Assembly (NCBI GenBank): GCA_965249575.1
Contig: OZ252244.1
Coordinates: 1,696,001 to 1,760,000, forward strand
Source of the DNA: Gemmatimonadales bacterium
Lineage (GTDB): Bacteria > Gemmatimonadota > Gemmatimonadetes > Gemmatimonadales > GWC2-71-9
DNA: 64,000 bases
Direction: 5' to 3'
Shown here piece by piece: positions 31,529 to 41,777 of this stretch. Made by a program: the position numbers and the translations under genes. Positions within the stretch are counted from its first letter, which is position 1, and the number at the start of each line of letters is the position of its first letter. The notes beneath the pieces are model-generated. The model was not told the DNA's origin. It saw nothing but the letters and a program-made list of their open reading frames with translations, and did not search any database.

Positions 31529-32379
31529 GCTTTCTCATTAAAGTACGAAAGGCGTGACCCCAGGTCGTACTGAGTGGTTTCCTTTAGATCCGATGAGACC
31601 GATTCCAGGAGGTCCGCGAGCGCGGCCGACCCGAACGAATAGAGTTGGCGCTTTTCGATGTAGGGCATGGTCATTCCGGAAATGTAGCGCCCGCGCACCC
31701 TCAGGTTTTCCAGCCGCCGGTCGAGGTCGAGCTTCGCAAAGAGCCGTTTGCACTGCTCGACGAATAGGCGCAGCTCCGTTTCCGACCCGCCGCGGGCCTC
31801 CCGCGGGACCGCCGAGAAGTCCGTGACGTCCTCTGTGACGGTGACTCTGGATACCTTGCCCCCGCGAGAGCCGTAGAGGTCGACGAAGCCGGCCGGATTG
31901 CGCGTCGCTTCCACAACCGACGCGCTGTCTTCGTCGTCCGCCATCCGCTCCGCCAACACGCTTCCGCCCGGGCGCCTCCAATCGGCGGCAGAGGGAGAGT
32001 GATACCTGCTCTCGCCCCGACGGGGCGGGGTGCCGATCACACCGAGCACACTGGCGTTGTAGGGGATCTGAACCTTCGATTTTTCCTGAGTTACTACGAG
32101 CCCCTTCTTAGTAAACGCGACGCTTCTGGCGATCACGGGTGGAGGGACGTCGAGCAGCGCCTTGCCCTCGAGGATCACCGAGCGGAGGCCGATCTCATCG
32201 AGACTGCGGGCGGCCTTTCCCAGCTTGCCTCGGTCCTTATCGGCGAGCCATACCTCCGGGGCGGGGAAATTCACCTTGAGTCCCGCCTCCGCGGCGCTCA
32301 GACCAAGACAGCGTGCCGCCTCGTGCTGGTCGACGATATCGTGGGGGGGATCGGAGACGAGGTGCGCGGGATTCTTCAT
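31486..32379 (-). CDS. Hypothetical protein
   Basis: Long ORF with coding-like composition that fills the gap. No motif recognised. Confidence 0.55.
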   Translation of the reverse strand: MKNPAHLVSDPPHDIVDQHEAARCLGLSAAEAGLKVNFPAPEVWLADKDRGKLGKAARSLDEIGLRSVILEGKALLDVPPPVIARSVAFTKKGLVVTQEKSKVQIPYNASVLGVIGTPPRRGESRYHSPSAADWRRPGGSVLAERMADDEDSASVVEATRNPAGFVDLYGSRGGKVSRVTVTEDVTDFSAVPREARGGSETELRLFVEQCKRLFAKLDLDRRLENLRVRGRYISGMTMPYIEKRQLYSFGSAALADLLESVSSDLKETTQYDLGSRLSYFNEKAVSSSYPTPVRSDE

Positions 32380-32714
32380 GTCACTCTGAACCTTCCAGTG
32401 CCGGCCCCGCGGGCGTCGGGGCACGCCCGCGGGTTCACGAAAGCATCCAGTCAAGTGGCATCTGCACGCCCGTTCGCAGCTCCACTAAGATAGCGACCTC
32501 TGACCGTGAAGGTGTCGCCAGATGCGGTGGGTGGCCAGTGGTCCGTTGCCCAGCGATCGGGGATCAATCGGCGCCCGCTCTCCGCAATCCACTCAACTTG
32601 CGGGCCACGCCGGAGACGGCAAGTTCATTGGCGTGTCGGCCGGGCCAGGACCGCGAAGACGATGGGGACCGGCGCGGCCGGGCCTCGGGGAGTCGCATCC
32701 GTCATGACCACCCT

Positions 32715-33884
32715 ATGAGCGCACCCAAGTTAGCCATCATCGGCGCCGCGGGAACGCAGGCTCGAGCCATGTTGCGGGCGCTTTCCCGCGCGCTCGACCT
32801 GTCCGGTTCGGTGGCGATCGACATTCGTTGGCCCGGCCCGGCGCGCAAGGAGATCGAGTCGCTGGGTGCAGAGATCATCTCGGGGAATGCGAGCGGCGAG
32901 TCGAGGCAGAGGCTGATCGAAGAGCGTGCTGACATCCGGCTCGTGGTGAATCTTGCCGGGCCCTTCTACGCCATCGGTACCTCTGTTTTGGAGCTGGCGC
33001 TCGAGCTCGGCACCGATTACCTGGATATCTGCGACGACGCCGACGCCACCGAGGCACTCCTCGGACTACACGAGGAGGCAAGAGTGGCCAACGCACGTGC
33101 GCTCGTTGGGATGGGGTCGGCACCGGGAACGACAAACATCCTGGTGCGAACGGCCGTCGACGCGCTCCGGAAGCCGGAACAGACCAACGTCGCGCTCAAA
33201 TGGATCGTCGATCGAGCCGACATGACACCTGCTGCGCTCGACCACGCGTTTCAATGCCTGTCAACGGCTCTCCCCGGGGTTGCACACGTGCCGCAATGGG
33301 AAGATCTGGATCCCCACTACGTCGATTTTCCCTCTCCGATCGGGCGTCAACTGGTCATTCGACATGGTCATCCTGAGCCCCTGACTCTACCCCGGTTCTT
33401 GGGGGTCCGCAGCGCCACAAATCACGGTGGCGTTTCACCTCCGGAGTACCAGCACCTCGTTTGGGCCCTGGCTCGGCAGCTCCCCCAGGACACCAAGGAG
33501 CACCGCGGCCATGGAGAGCGCTTGCATGACGTTCTCAAGGGCTACGACCGCATCGCCTCCGTGGAGAACCGGTCCGGCTCCGGTTTACAGATTGACGTGA
33601 CGGCCGACGGGAAGGGCTACCGGTTCGAGTCCGGATCGGACATGGCCATGGAAGATGCAACCGGAATTCCGGCTGCTGCGGGAGTGCTCTCCATGCTTGA
33701 CCGTGCACTTCCCGAACCGGGGGTTTGGGCACCGGAATGTCTGGACCCAAAGGCATTCTTCGATCGGATGCGCCTCGTATCGCCCGGAGGAGGTGGACTC
33801 CACCTGCTCGAGCTCAAGGACGGCAAACCGGTTGGGCGGGCGCGGATTCGCGACCTGCTGAAACACGGCGCTCAGCGGCGTTGA
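32715..33884 (+). CDS. Saccharopine dehydrogenase-like NAD(P)-dependent oxidoreductase
   Basis: IIGAAG, NLAGPFY, DYLDICDD, GMGSAPG..N, HGHPEP, GVWAPE. Confidence 0.85.
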   Translation: MSAPKLAIIGAAGTQARAMLRALSRALDLSGSVAIDIRWPGPARKEIESLGAEIISGNASGESRQRLIEERADIRLVVNLAGPFYAIGTSVLELALELGTDYLDICDDADATEALLGLHEEARVANARALVGMGSAPGTTNILVRTAVDALRKPEQTNVALKWIVDRADMTPAALDHAFQCLSTALPGVAHVPQWEDLDPHYVDFPSPIGRQLVIRHGHPEPLTLPRFLGVRSATNHGGVSPPEYQHLVWALARQLPQDTKEHRGHGERLHDVLKGYDRIASVENRSGSGLQIDVTADGKGYRFESGSDMAMEDATGIPAAAGVLSMLDRALPEPGVWAPECLDPKAFFDRMRLVSPGGGGLHLLELKDGKPVGRARIRDLLKHGAQRR

Positions 33885-34516
33885 TCCGGGCGGTCCTGTT
33901 CGATCTTGGCGGTGTCGTGCTCGAATCGCCAATGGACTTCATTGCCCGGTTCGAGCGCAAGCACGGACTACCCGAACACGCGGTCAGCCAGTTGATCGGG
34001 GACTATGCCAGGAGGTCGGACGGCCTCTGGCACCGGCTCGAGCGCGGAGAAATCGGGATTCAGCAGTTCTATCGCCTGTTTGCCGCCGCCGCCGCCGCCG
34101 TGGGCGTGGTGAAGATTCCGATTCCGGAGTTGATGCGGGGAATCGAGAGACACGGCGTGGTCCGGCCGCTTATGCTCCGAGCAGTGCGAACCATCCGGCA
34201 ACGCGGGCTCAAAGTGGGCGTGATCACCAACAACTGGCTTTCGGAAGACAACCCCGACCGTTTCGAATCCCTGCGCGCCGAATTCCACGTGTTCGTGGAA
34301 TCGTGGCGCCTGGGCAGGCGAAAACCGGAAACGGACATGTACGAATTCGCGTGCCGTGAGCTGGCGATTCAACCGCCGGACGCTGTGTTCCTCGACGACA
34401 TCGGCGCCAACCTCAAGGCCGCCCGCGCCCTGGGCATGAGTACCGTCAAGGTGAGCGATCCGGCGCTCGCGCTGGGAGAGCTAGCCACGCTCATCGGCGT
34501 GAACTCACTACCGTAA
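33881..34516 (+). CDS. HAD-family phosphatase (ACAD10 / epoxide-hydrolase N-terminal type)
   Basis: AVLFDLGGV, ITNN, RKP, FLDDIGANL. The TTG start overlaps the upstream stop. Confidence 0.88.
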   Translation: MIRAVLFDLGGVVLESPMDFIARFERKHGLPEHAVSQLIGDYARRSDGLWHRLERGEIGIQQFYRLFAAAAAAVGVVKIPIPELMRGIERHGVVRPLMLRAVRTIRQRGLKVGVITNNWLSEDNPDRFESLRAEFHVFVESWRLGRRKPETDMYEFACRELAIQPPDAVFLDDIGANLKAARALGMSTVKVSDPALALGELATLIGVNSLP

Positions 34517-34574
34517 CACCCACCTTCGATCTGCCAATCGGTTCGGGCTTTCAATGGCCGGATCGGGTGTCCGG

Positions 34575-35789
34575 TTAGTCTCGGCGGGCGGTCTTTTTGA
34601 GCTCCTGTTTTGCCACGGTCACCCGGTGAACCTCATCCGGGCCGTCCGCGATCCGCAGGGTGCGGGCCTCCGCCCATGCGTGCGCCAATCCGAAGTCCTC
34701 GCACACCCCCGCGCCTCCATGCACCTGAATTGCCCGATCGATCACTCGAAGCGCGACGGACGGAGCAACGACCTTGATCATCGCGATCTCAGCCCGCGCT
34801 TTCCTTGCCCCGTCAGTGTCCATCATCCGCGCGGCCTTCAGAGTGAGTAGCCTGGCTTGCTCGATCTCCATTCGCGAGTCAGCGATGGATTCCATGACCA
34901 CGCCCTGTTCTGCAAGCGATCTGCCGAAAGCCACGCGCCCCGTAGCCCTGGCGCACATCTCCTCCAGCGATCGCTCGGCCAGCCCTATCAGGCGCATGCA
35001 ATGGTGGATTCGCCCGGGGCCGAGTCGGCCCTGAGCGATCTCGAAGCCTCGCCCTTCGCCTAGCAAGAGATTTGACCGCGGGACCCGCACGTTTTCGAAC
35101 GCGACCTCCCAATGTCCGATCGGAGCGTGATCGTAACCGAACACCGAAAGGGACCGCACGAGTGTTACGCCCGGGGTCTTTCTCGGTACCAGGATCATCG
35201 ACTGCTGTTCGTGACGTGCCGCGCTCGGATCGGTCTTTCCCATCACAATCAAGATGTGACAGCGGTCTCGCCCCGCCGCGGTTACCCACCACTTGCGACC
35301 ATTAACGATGTAATCGTCTCCGGACCGCTCGATACTGGCCTCTATGTTCGTGGCGTCGGAGGAGGCCACCTCAGGCTCGGTCATGGCGAAGGCCGAGCGA
35401 ACCTCCCCCTCGAGAAGGGGCGCCAACCACTCTCTTTTTTGCTCATCCGAACCGTACCGCGCGAGCACCTCCATGTTACCGGTATCCGGTGCGGAGCAAT
35501 TGAAGACCTCGGGAGCGAGCCGTGACCGTCCCATGATCTCGCAGAGGGGGGCGTACTCCAGGTTCGAGAGTCCGACGCCGTGTGTCGTGTCGGGCATGAG
35601 CAGATTCCAAAGTTGGGCCGCCTTCGCCTTGGACTGCAGCTCCTTCATGATCGGCGGGTCCACCCAGCGACTCGCCCCGGCTTCGACCTGCTCGAAGTAG
35701 AGGTTCTCGTTGGGGTAGACGTGTTCGTCCATGAACGCGTGAAGACGCGCCTGGAGCGTTTTGGCATTGGGCGGGTATTCGGAATCCAT
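34575..35789 (-). CDS. Acyl-CoA dehydrogenase, ACAD10/11 / LvaC / FadE2-like
   Basis: [48 protein letters not shown]. Confidence 0.92.
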   Translation of the reverse strand: MDSEYPPNAKTLQARLHAFMDEHVYPNENLYFEQVEAGASRWVDPPIMKELQSKAKAAQLWNLLMPDTTHGVGLSNLEYAPLCEIMGRSRLAPEVFNCSAPDTGNMEVLARYGSDEQKREWLAPLLEGEVRSAFAMTEPEVASSDATNIEASIERSGDDYIVNGRKWWVTAAGRDRCHILIVMGKTDPSAARHEQQSMILVPRKTPGVTLVRSLSVFGYDHAPIGHWEVAFENVRVPRSNLLLGEGRGFEIAQGRLGPGRIHHCMRLIGLAERSLEEMCARATGRVAFGRSLAEQGVVMESIADSRMEIEQARLLTLKAARMMDTDGARKARAEIAMIKVVAPSVALRVIDRAIQVHGGAGVCEDFGLAHAWAEARTLRIADGPDEVHRVTVAKQELKKTARRD

Positions 35790-36084
35790 TTGGCGCTTTC
35801 TCACCCGGCATTCTCGGCGAAGTCGCCCGAGCGAGCACATTAAGGCTCGAGTCGTCAAATCGGTGCCCGCGGTCCACCGTACGGCACTAGGCTAGAGGGA
35901 GATGGTACGCCAGCCACAGCACGCCAGGCAAGCCCAGATCGAGCGTTTGCGCTCGACCGTGGAAACGGAGAGATTCTCCAACCCTTTCCGTGAAGTCGAG
36001 CGACCGAGTCGCCCGCCTTCGACTCGAGACTCGGAGAGACGGAAACGGCCGGAGCCAAGGGGAACTCCAACCGAGAGTGGCACG

Positions 36085-37851
36085 GTGAAGGCTGTCGAGA
36101 GCCTGATGAGGCTTGTGGGATCGGAGAACTCCACGATTCCCGACGTGCTCCTAGCCCGGGCCAGCGCCAGTCCGGACAAGCCGTTCCTGTACTGGGATCG
36201 GCAACGGTGGACCTTCGCCCAGGCGGTTGAGAAGATCCAGCGGTTCAGTGGCTTTCTCGATACTCTTTCCCGGCCAAAGGGGCGGCCCCGGGTGGTCAGT
36301 TACCTCGGCAATCGGCCGGAGGCGCTCTGGGGTTGGCTGGGAACGGTGTGGAACGGAACGATCTCGGTGGCGATCAACCGCCAGCACAAGGGACACCTGC
36401 TGGCGAGCATGCTGTCGCGCTCGAAGGCCAGCATCTTGGTGACGGAGTCTTCCGCGATAGGCGCCCTACCGGATCTCCCGGCGCTCGGCATCGACACCGT
36501 CATCCTGGCCGGCGAGGACCTCGACGAGACCTCGGTCGCCGGAGCGCGCGCGGTGCCTTTCCGGGGTGTCGAGCAGGCCCCCCTCGGCGACGCGCGCCGG
36601 CCCGATCCGCCCGCAGCCGCGAGCGTCCTATACACCTCGGGCATTACTGGACCGTCCAAGGCTGTCCTGGTACCTCACAACCAGTATTGCCGGGGCGCGG
36701 CGCGGCTGGTCGACGCCTACGGCTTCGACGGCAACGACGTGTTTCACAACTGGCTTCCACTGAGCCACCTGGGTGGCCAGTTGCACATGACGATGTGTGC
36801 CGTGATCGCCGGCGGCTCGACCGCGCTCTTCCCGACCTTTTCGCGCAGCCGTTTCTGGCAGCAAGTGGCTGACGTGAATGCCACCGTGATTTGTGGCTTT
36901 GCAGCCATCATGAACATGATCTGGTCGCTGCCCGATTCGCCCCGGGATCGACAGAACACCCTGCGCGCCGGCATAATCGCCGGCGTGCCCGAAGAGCTGC
37001 ACGAACCCTTCGAGCGTCGTTTCGACATTACCGTTGCAGAGCAGTACGGAATGACCGAGGCTGATCCAGTGACCCTACGTCGGCCCGGCGTCGAACCCCC
37101 AACCGCCTCGTGCGGGCTGCCATCGGACGATTTCGAGGTCGAGATTGCGGACCACGAGGGTTCGCGCGTATCGCCCGGCACACGGGGCGAGATTTGCATC
37201 CGTCCTCGGGCGTCCGGAGTAATGGCGATCGGCTACGAGGACGACCCGGCCGCGACTCGTGCAGCGTATCGCGGCGGTTGGTTCCACACGGGTGATCTGG
37301 GTTTCATGGACGAAAAGGGGTTTCTGTACTTTGCCGGCCGCCTCGAGGGATCCATTCGGCGAAGGGGAGAGAACATCTCCGCCAGTGAGGTCGAGGCGAC
37401 CCTGCTGGAGCATCCTGACGTCACCGAGTGCGCTGCCGTCGGCGTGCCTTCAAGTCTGGGCGAAGAAGAGGTCAAGGTCGTCGTAGTCACGACCCCCGAC
37501 AGCAGACTGGATCCAGCAGGCCTACACGCCTTCGCAGCCGAGCGGATGGCCCGGTTCATGGTACCGCGATACATCGAGGTCCGCGATCGGCTTCCAAAGA
37601 CGGAGCTCGGCAAGGTGAGGAAAGAGACCCTGCAGATTGTCGAGAGGAACACATGGGACGCCCAGGCCGCCCGTGGCTCCGGGGGAGGCCGAGCGTGGAG
37701 CCACCCCGCGGATCCTCGAGAGGGAGGAGCAAACTGCAGCGTTCGGCAGAACGGTTCGCCGGTGCCGGCGAGGTGCGCGAAGGACACGGCTTCGACGTCC
37801 GGTCCTTGGAACTGTTCCTGTCCGAGCGCCTGGGTGATTTCCCCTCAGTAG
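36085..37851 (+). CDS. Acyl-CoA synthetase (CaiC-like AMP-binding)
   Basis: YTSGITGPSKA, YGMTE, FHTGD, RRGENIS, LPKTELGK. The C-terminal ~50 aa overlap the next gene. Confidence 0.88.
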   Translation: MKAVESLMRLVGSENSTIPDVLLARASASPDKPFLYWDRQRWTFAQAVEKIQRFSGFLDTLSRPKGRPRVVSYLGNRPEALWGWLGTVWNGTISVAINRQHKGHLLASMLSRSKASILVTESSAIGALPDLPALGIDTVILAGEDLDETSVAGARAVPFRGVEQAPLGDARRPDPPAAASVLYTSGITGPSKAVLVPHNQYCRGAARLVDAYGFDGNDVFHNWLPLSHLGGQLHMTMCAVIAGGSTALFPTFSRSRFWQQVADVNATVICGFAAIMNMIWSLPDSPRDRQNTLRAGIIAGVPEELHEPFERRFDITVAEQYGMTEADPVTLRRPGVEPPTASCGLPSDDFEVEIADHEGSRVSPGTRGEICIRPRASGVMAIGYEDDPAATRAAYRGGWFHTGDLGFMDEKGFLYFAGRLEGSIRRRGENISASEVEATLLEHPDVTECAAVGVPSSLGEEEVKVVVVTTPDSRLDPAGLHAFAAERMARFMVPRYIEVRDRLPKTELGKVRKETLQIVERNTWDAQAARGSGGGRAWSHPADPREGGANCSVRQNGSPVPARCAKDTASTSGPWNCSCPSAWVISPQ

Positions 37852-38813
37852 TATCGGTTCAGCAGTTTCGGGGCGGCCAGTCTAATCCGACCTATCTGCT
37901 ACACACCGGAGGTGGGAAATACGTCCTCCGGCGCCGCCCGCCGGGTGAGTTGTTGCAATCAGCCCACGCGGTCGACCGGGAGTATCGGGTCACGAGCGCG
38001 CTGTGCGACGCCGGAGTGCCCGTTGCCAGGCCACTGGTCCTGTGTGAGGACGACGCCGTGATCGGGACCTCTTTCTTCCTCATGGAATTCGTCGAAGGCC
38101 GAGTCTTCTGGGAGCCCCAGCTGCCCGAGCTAGGGGTTCTCGACCGGGTGCACGTGTATGATGCCATGAACGAGTGCCTCGCCGGCCTCCATGGCGTAGA
38201 CCCAACCGCGGTGGGACTTGGGAGCTTTGGCCGGCCGGGTGACTATTTTCAGCGCCAGATCTCCCGCTGGTCGCGGCAATATCTCCAGACGGAGCCGGAG
38301 CCGTTACCCGCGATGCGGGGACTCATCGACTGGCTTCCGGAGAACATGCCGGCAGCGAATAGCCGAGCCGGCATCATCCACGGTGATTACCGGCTGGACA
38401 ATATGATCTTCCACCGGACCGAGCCCCGAGTGTTGGCCATCATCGACTGGGAGCTGTCCACGCTCGGCGATCCGCTCGCGGATTTGAGCTATCAATGCAT
38501 GCAGTGGCGTCTGCAAGCCGGTGCGTTCGGGAGCCTCGAGGGGGTGGATCGAGCCGCTTTAGGCCTGCCCGACGAGGGGGAGTACGTGGCCGCGTATTGT
38601 GCGCGCACCGGAAGAGCGGTCGTGGAGCACTGGGAGCATTACATCGTGTACAACATGTTTCGGCTCGCGGCCATCCTGTTCGGCGTTGGAGCGCGGGCCC
38701 GATCCGGAACGGCGGCAAGTGGGGAAGCGCAGGCGATGAGCGTCCACGCCGCCCCGATCGCCGAGCACGCATGGGATCTGGCTCGGATCCTTGGAGCATC
38801 GGGCCGACCATGA
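37695..38813 (+). CDS. APH-family phosphotransferase (ACAD10/11 kinase domain / LvaA-like)
   Basis: GGQSNPTY, SAHAVDREY, HGDYRLDN, DWELSTLGDPLAD. Start is uncertain (GTG 37695 or CTG 37734). Confidence 0.88.
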   Translation: MEPPRGSSRGRSKLQRSAERFAGAGEVREGHGFDVRSLELFLSERLGDFPSVVSVQQFRGGQSNPTYLLHTGGGKYVLRRRPPGELLQSAHAVDREYRVTSALCDAGVPVARPLVLCEDDAVIGTSFFLMEFVEGRVFWEPQLPELGVLDRVHVYDAMNECLAGLHGVDPTAVGLGSFGRPGDYFQRQISRWSRQYLQTEPEPLPAMRGLIDWLPENMPAANSRAGIIHGDYRLDNMIFHRTEPRVLAIIDWELSTLGDPLADLSYQCMQWRLQAGAFGSLEGVDRAALGLPDEGEYVAAYCARTGRAVVEHWEHYIVYNMFRLAAILFGVGARARSGTAASGEAQAMSVHAAPIAEHAWDLARILGASGRP

Positions 38814-38843
38814 CCCTGAGGGCTTGAGGGGAGACCTCTCGCA

Positions 38844-39623
38844 ATGGACCAACTCGTTGTACGGGATCGGCGGGATGCAGTCGAGATCGTCACGATCAAT
38901 CGACCCCGCGTCCACAACTGCATCGACGGAGAAACGGCGCTGGCGGTCAAGGAGGCGTTCGACGAGCTCGAGCGGGACGATGAGGTCAGGGTCGTCATCC
39001 TCACGGGAGCCGGTCCGTCGTTCAGCAGCGGCCTCGACCTCAAGAGGCTCGCCCGCGAGGGCCCGGGCCTGATCGCCAAGGTGATATTCGAGGAGACCGG
39101 CTGGGCGGGACTTGGGAAGCGGTTCTTTCCGAAACCTCTCATCGCGGCAGTGCACGGACATGCGTTGGCTGGTGGTCTCGAGCTGCCGCTCTCATGTGAC
39201 TTCATCGTGGCCTCCGACGATGCCAAGCTCGGCTTCAACGAAGCGACGCTCGGCCCGATAGCGGACGCCGGCGGCTGCTTCCGCCTCCCCAAGTGGGTTC
39301 CGCTACCGCTCGCTCGCGAGATGCTCATGACCGGCACGCCGATCGACGCACGCCGCGCGTTCGAAGTCGGTCTGGTAAATCATGTCGTGCCGCGTGGCCA
39401 ACTCATGGCAACCGCGCTCGAGATCGCGCACGCGATCGCGCGAAACTCCACGGTGTCCATGGCCATCATGAAGCGCCTGATCGCCGAAACACAGGACCGG
39501 CCCGAGAAGGACGCCTGGGAGATCAACGATGGGTACATGCGTCAGTCCATGGAGACCGAGGCCTTCATGGAAGGGCCACGGGCGTTCGCGGAGCGGCGGC
39601 GTCCAGATTTCTCGGGGCGCTGA
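38844..39623 (+). CDS. Enoyl-CoA hydratase/isomerase
   Basis: FSSGLDL, IAAVHGHALAGGLEL, AFAERRRPDF. Confidence 0.9.
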   Translation: MDQLVVRDRRDAVEIVTINRPRVHNCIDGETALAVKEAFDELERDDEVRVVILTGAGPSFSSGLDLKRLAREGPGLIAKVIFEETGWAGLGKRFFPKPLIAAVHGHALAGGLELPLSCDFIVASDDAKLGFNEATLGPIADAGGCFRLPKWVPLPLAREMLMTGTPIDARRAFEVGLVNHVVPRGQLMATALEIAHAIARNSTVSMAIMKRLIAETQDRPEKDAWEINDGYMRQSMETEAFMEGPRAFAERRRPDFSGR

Positions 39624-39664
39624 GGATTGTGGGGACTGATGTGACCCGAACTGCCGGTGTGACA

Positions 39665-40873
39665 ATGCGTATCGTGATCCTGCTGACCGCGCTCGGATTC
39701 ATGGGTCACTTCAATCGCATCGCGATCTCGGTGGCCGGTGCGGAGCGTCTGATGGCGCAGTACGCGATCGAGCCAACGCGCATGGGCCTGGTGTATTCGG
39801 CGTTTCTACTCACCTACACGATCGGCATGATTCCGGCAGGCGTTTTGGCAGACCGGTTCGGACCTTGGCTCATGCTAGGCGTCATGGCGGTGGGTCTCGC
39901 AGCGGGAAGCGTGCTCACCGGTGCAGTAGGCTTTACGGTTGCGGCAGCGTACGTCGTGGTCACACTGCTCATCGTGCGGGGCGCAATGGGGATGTTATCG
40001 GCACCGCTGCACCCTTCGACCGCACGCACCGTTGCCAACTGGGTCCCGGAGCAGGGCCGCACGGGGGCGAACGGACTCACCCTGAGCGGCGCATTCCTGG
40101 GGATCGCGCTCACGTACCACGTGTTCGGTGCGCTGATCGACCGCTTTGACTGGCCAGTGGCGTTCATGATAACCGGCGGCGTCACGCTCCTGGTGGGGAT
40201 CCTGTGGATGGCCTTCGGGGGAGACGCGCCGTCACATCGTCGCGCTGGACCTGCATCCGCGACCCCAAAGGAGGGCGGATGGCTGACTCTGCTGCGTGAC
40301 CGCAGCCTGCTCTTCGTGTCTCTGGCGTACGTCGCGGTCGGTTACTTCGAGTACCTCTTCTTCTACTGGATGCAATACTACTTCAACACGGTGCTGGCCA
40401 TCGGAACCGAGCGCAGCCGGCTCTACTCCACCATCGTCACCCTCGCGATGGTTGCGGGTGTGATCTCCGGCGGCTGGATTACCGATCGGCTCGTGGCCCG
40501 ATGGGGCCTTCGGCGTGGCCGTGCGACCGTCCCGGTTGTCGGCATGATCGCGGGCGCCATCTTCCTAGTGGCGGGGGTGACGGCCCAAACGCCGGTGTGG
40601 GTGATGATCTGGTTCAGCGCCGGTATGTTCTCCGCGACATCCGCCGAGGCACCCTGTTGGGCCACCGCGATCGAGCTGGGGAAGGCGCGTGGCACGACGG
40701 CGGCGGGAATCATGAACACGGGCGCCAACATCGGTGGTTTCGCGGCGCCGATCTTGACCCCGTTGGTAGGCAGCGCGTTCGGCTGGCGGTGGGCGATCTT
40801 ACTCGGCGCGGCGGTGAGCCTGGCCGGTGCCATGTTGTGGCTGGGCGTGAAACCTGCGGAAGACAAGGAGTGA
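39665..40873 (+). CDS. MFS transporter (ACS-like)
   Basis: Many hydrophobic segments, GVLADRFG and GWITDRL motif-A copies. Confidence 0.88.
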   Translation: MRIVILLTALGFMGHFNRIAISVAGAERLMAQYAIEPTRMGLVYSAFLLTYTIGMIPAGVLADRFGPWLMLGVMAVGLAAGSVLTGAVGFTVAAAYVVVTLLIVRGAMGMLSAPLHPSTARTVANWVPEQGRTGANGLTLSGAFLGIALTYHVFGALIDRFDWPVAFMITGGVTLLVGILWMAFGGDAPSHRRAGPASATPKEGGWLTLLRDRSLLFVSLAYVAVGYFEYLFFYWMQYYFNTVLAIGTERSRLYSTIVTLAMVAGVISGGWITDRLVARWGLRRGRATVPVVGMIAGAIFLVAGVTAQTPVWVMIWFSAGMFSATSAEAPCWATAIELGKARGTTAAGIMNTGANIGGFAAPILTPLVGSAFGWRWAILLGAAVSLAGAMLWLGVKPAEDKE

Positions 40874-40879
40874 TCTCAG

Positions 40880-41647
40880 ATGCGCATTAGCGGAAGCAGC
40901 GTCTTGGTGACGGGCGGAGCGTCCGGACTGGGAGCGGCAACCGTTCGGCGATTCGCGGCCGCTGGGGCGCGGGTCACGATCGCCGACCTCGACCACGAGC
41001 TCGGGCAGGAGCTGGCGCGGGACGTCGGCTCCGAAGCCGAGTTCCTCAAGGCCGACGTGACCGACGGGGACGGCATGCGAGTGGTCGTCCGGCAGACGGC
41101 GGAGCGGCAGAAAGGGCTCCACATCACCGTCAACTGCGCCGGCATCGCACCGGCCAAGAAGGTCCTGGGCCGGGAGGGCCCGCACGATCTCGAGTCGTTT
41201 GCGCGCGTGGTACGGGTCAACCTGATTGGGACCTTCAACGTGCTTCGCCTCTCCGCAGAAGCCATGCAGGGATCGAAGCCGAACGACGAGGGCGAGCGGG
41301 GGGTCATCGTCAACACGGCCTCAGTGGCCGCGTTCGAGGGCCAGATCGGACAGGCGGCCTACGCCGCGTCCAAGGCCGGCGTCGCCGGCCTCACGCTGCC
41401 GGCAGCGCGAGAGCTCGCCAGGCACGGCATCCGGGTGGTCGCCATTGCACCCGGGCTGTTCCACACGCCGATGTTCGACGGATTGCCGGAGGCGGCGCGC
41501 GAATCTCTCGGCAAGCAGCCCCCGTTCCCAAATCGACTCGGCCGCCCGGACGAATTCGCGGCGCTGGCCGAACACATCGTGGTGAACCCGATGCTGAACG
41601 GCGAGACGATTAGGCTGGATGGCGCGGTGCGGATGGCCGCTAAGTGA
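40880..41647 (+). CDS. SDR, 3-hydroxyacyl-CoA dehydrogenase type II (HSD17B10-like)
   Basis: TGGASGLG, NCAGI, GQIGQAAYAASK, NGETIRLDGAVRM. Confidence 0.92.
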   Translation: MRISGSSVLVTGGASGLGAATVRRFAAAGARVTIADLDHELGQELARDVGSEAEFLKADVTDGDGMRVVVRQTAERQKGLHITVNCAGIAPAKKVLGREGPHDLESFARVVRVNLIGTFNVLRLSAEAMQGSKPNDEGERGVIVNTASVAAFEGQIGQAAYAASKAGVAGLTLPAARELARHGIRVVAIAPGLFHTPMFDGLPEAARESLGKQPPFPNRLGRPDEFAALAEHIVVNPMLNGETIRLDGAVRMAAK

Positions 41648-41776
41648 GGAGGCCCTGCCCTGCCACGGAGTGAGGAGGCCCTTCGACTCCACCCACCTGC
41701 GGTTCCGGCGGGCGCGGGTTGCCCCGCTCACTCCTCACTCCGGGAAGGGTGCGGTGGGGCGGGGACTCCTCACTCC
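41642..41776. repeat. Dispersed AGTGAGG-heptamer repeat, inverted pair
   Basis: AGTGAGGAGGCCCT occurs twice, followed by two inverted copies of CTCCTCACTCC. The TGA of the first unit is the SDR stop codon. Confidence 0.75.
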
Positions 41777-41777
41777 A

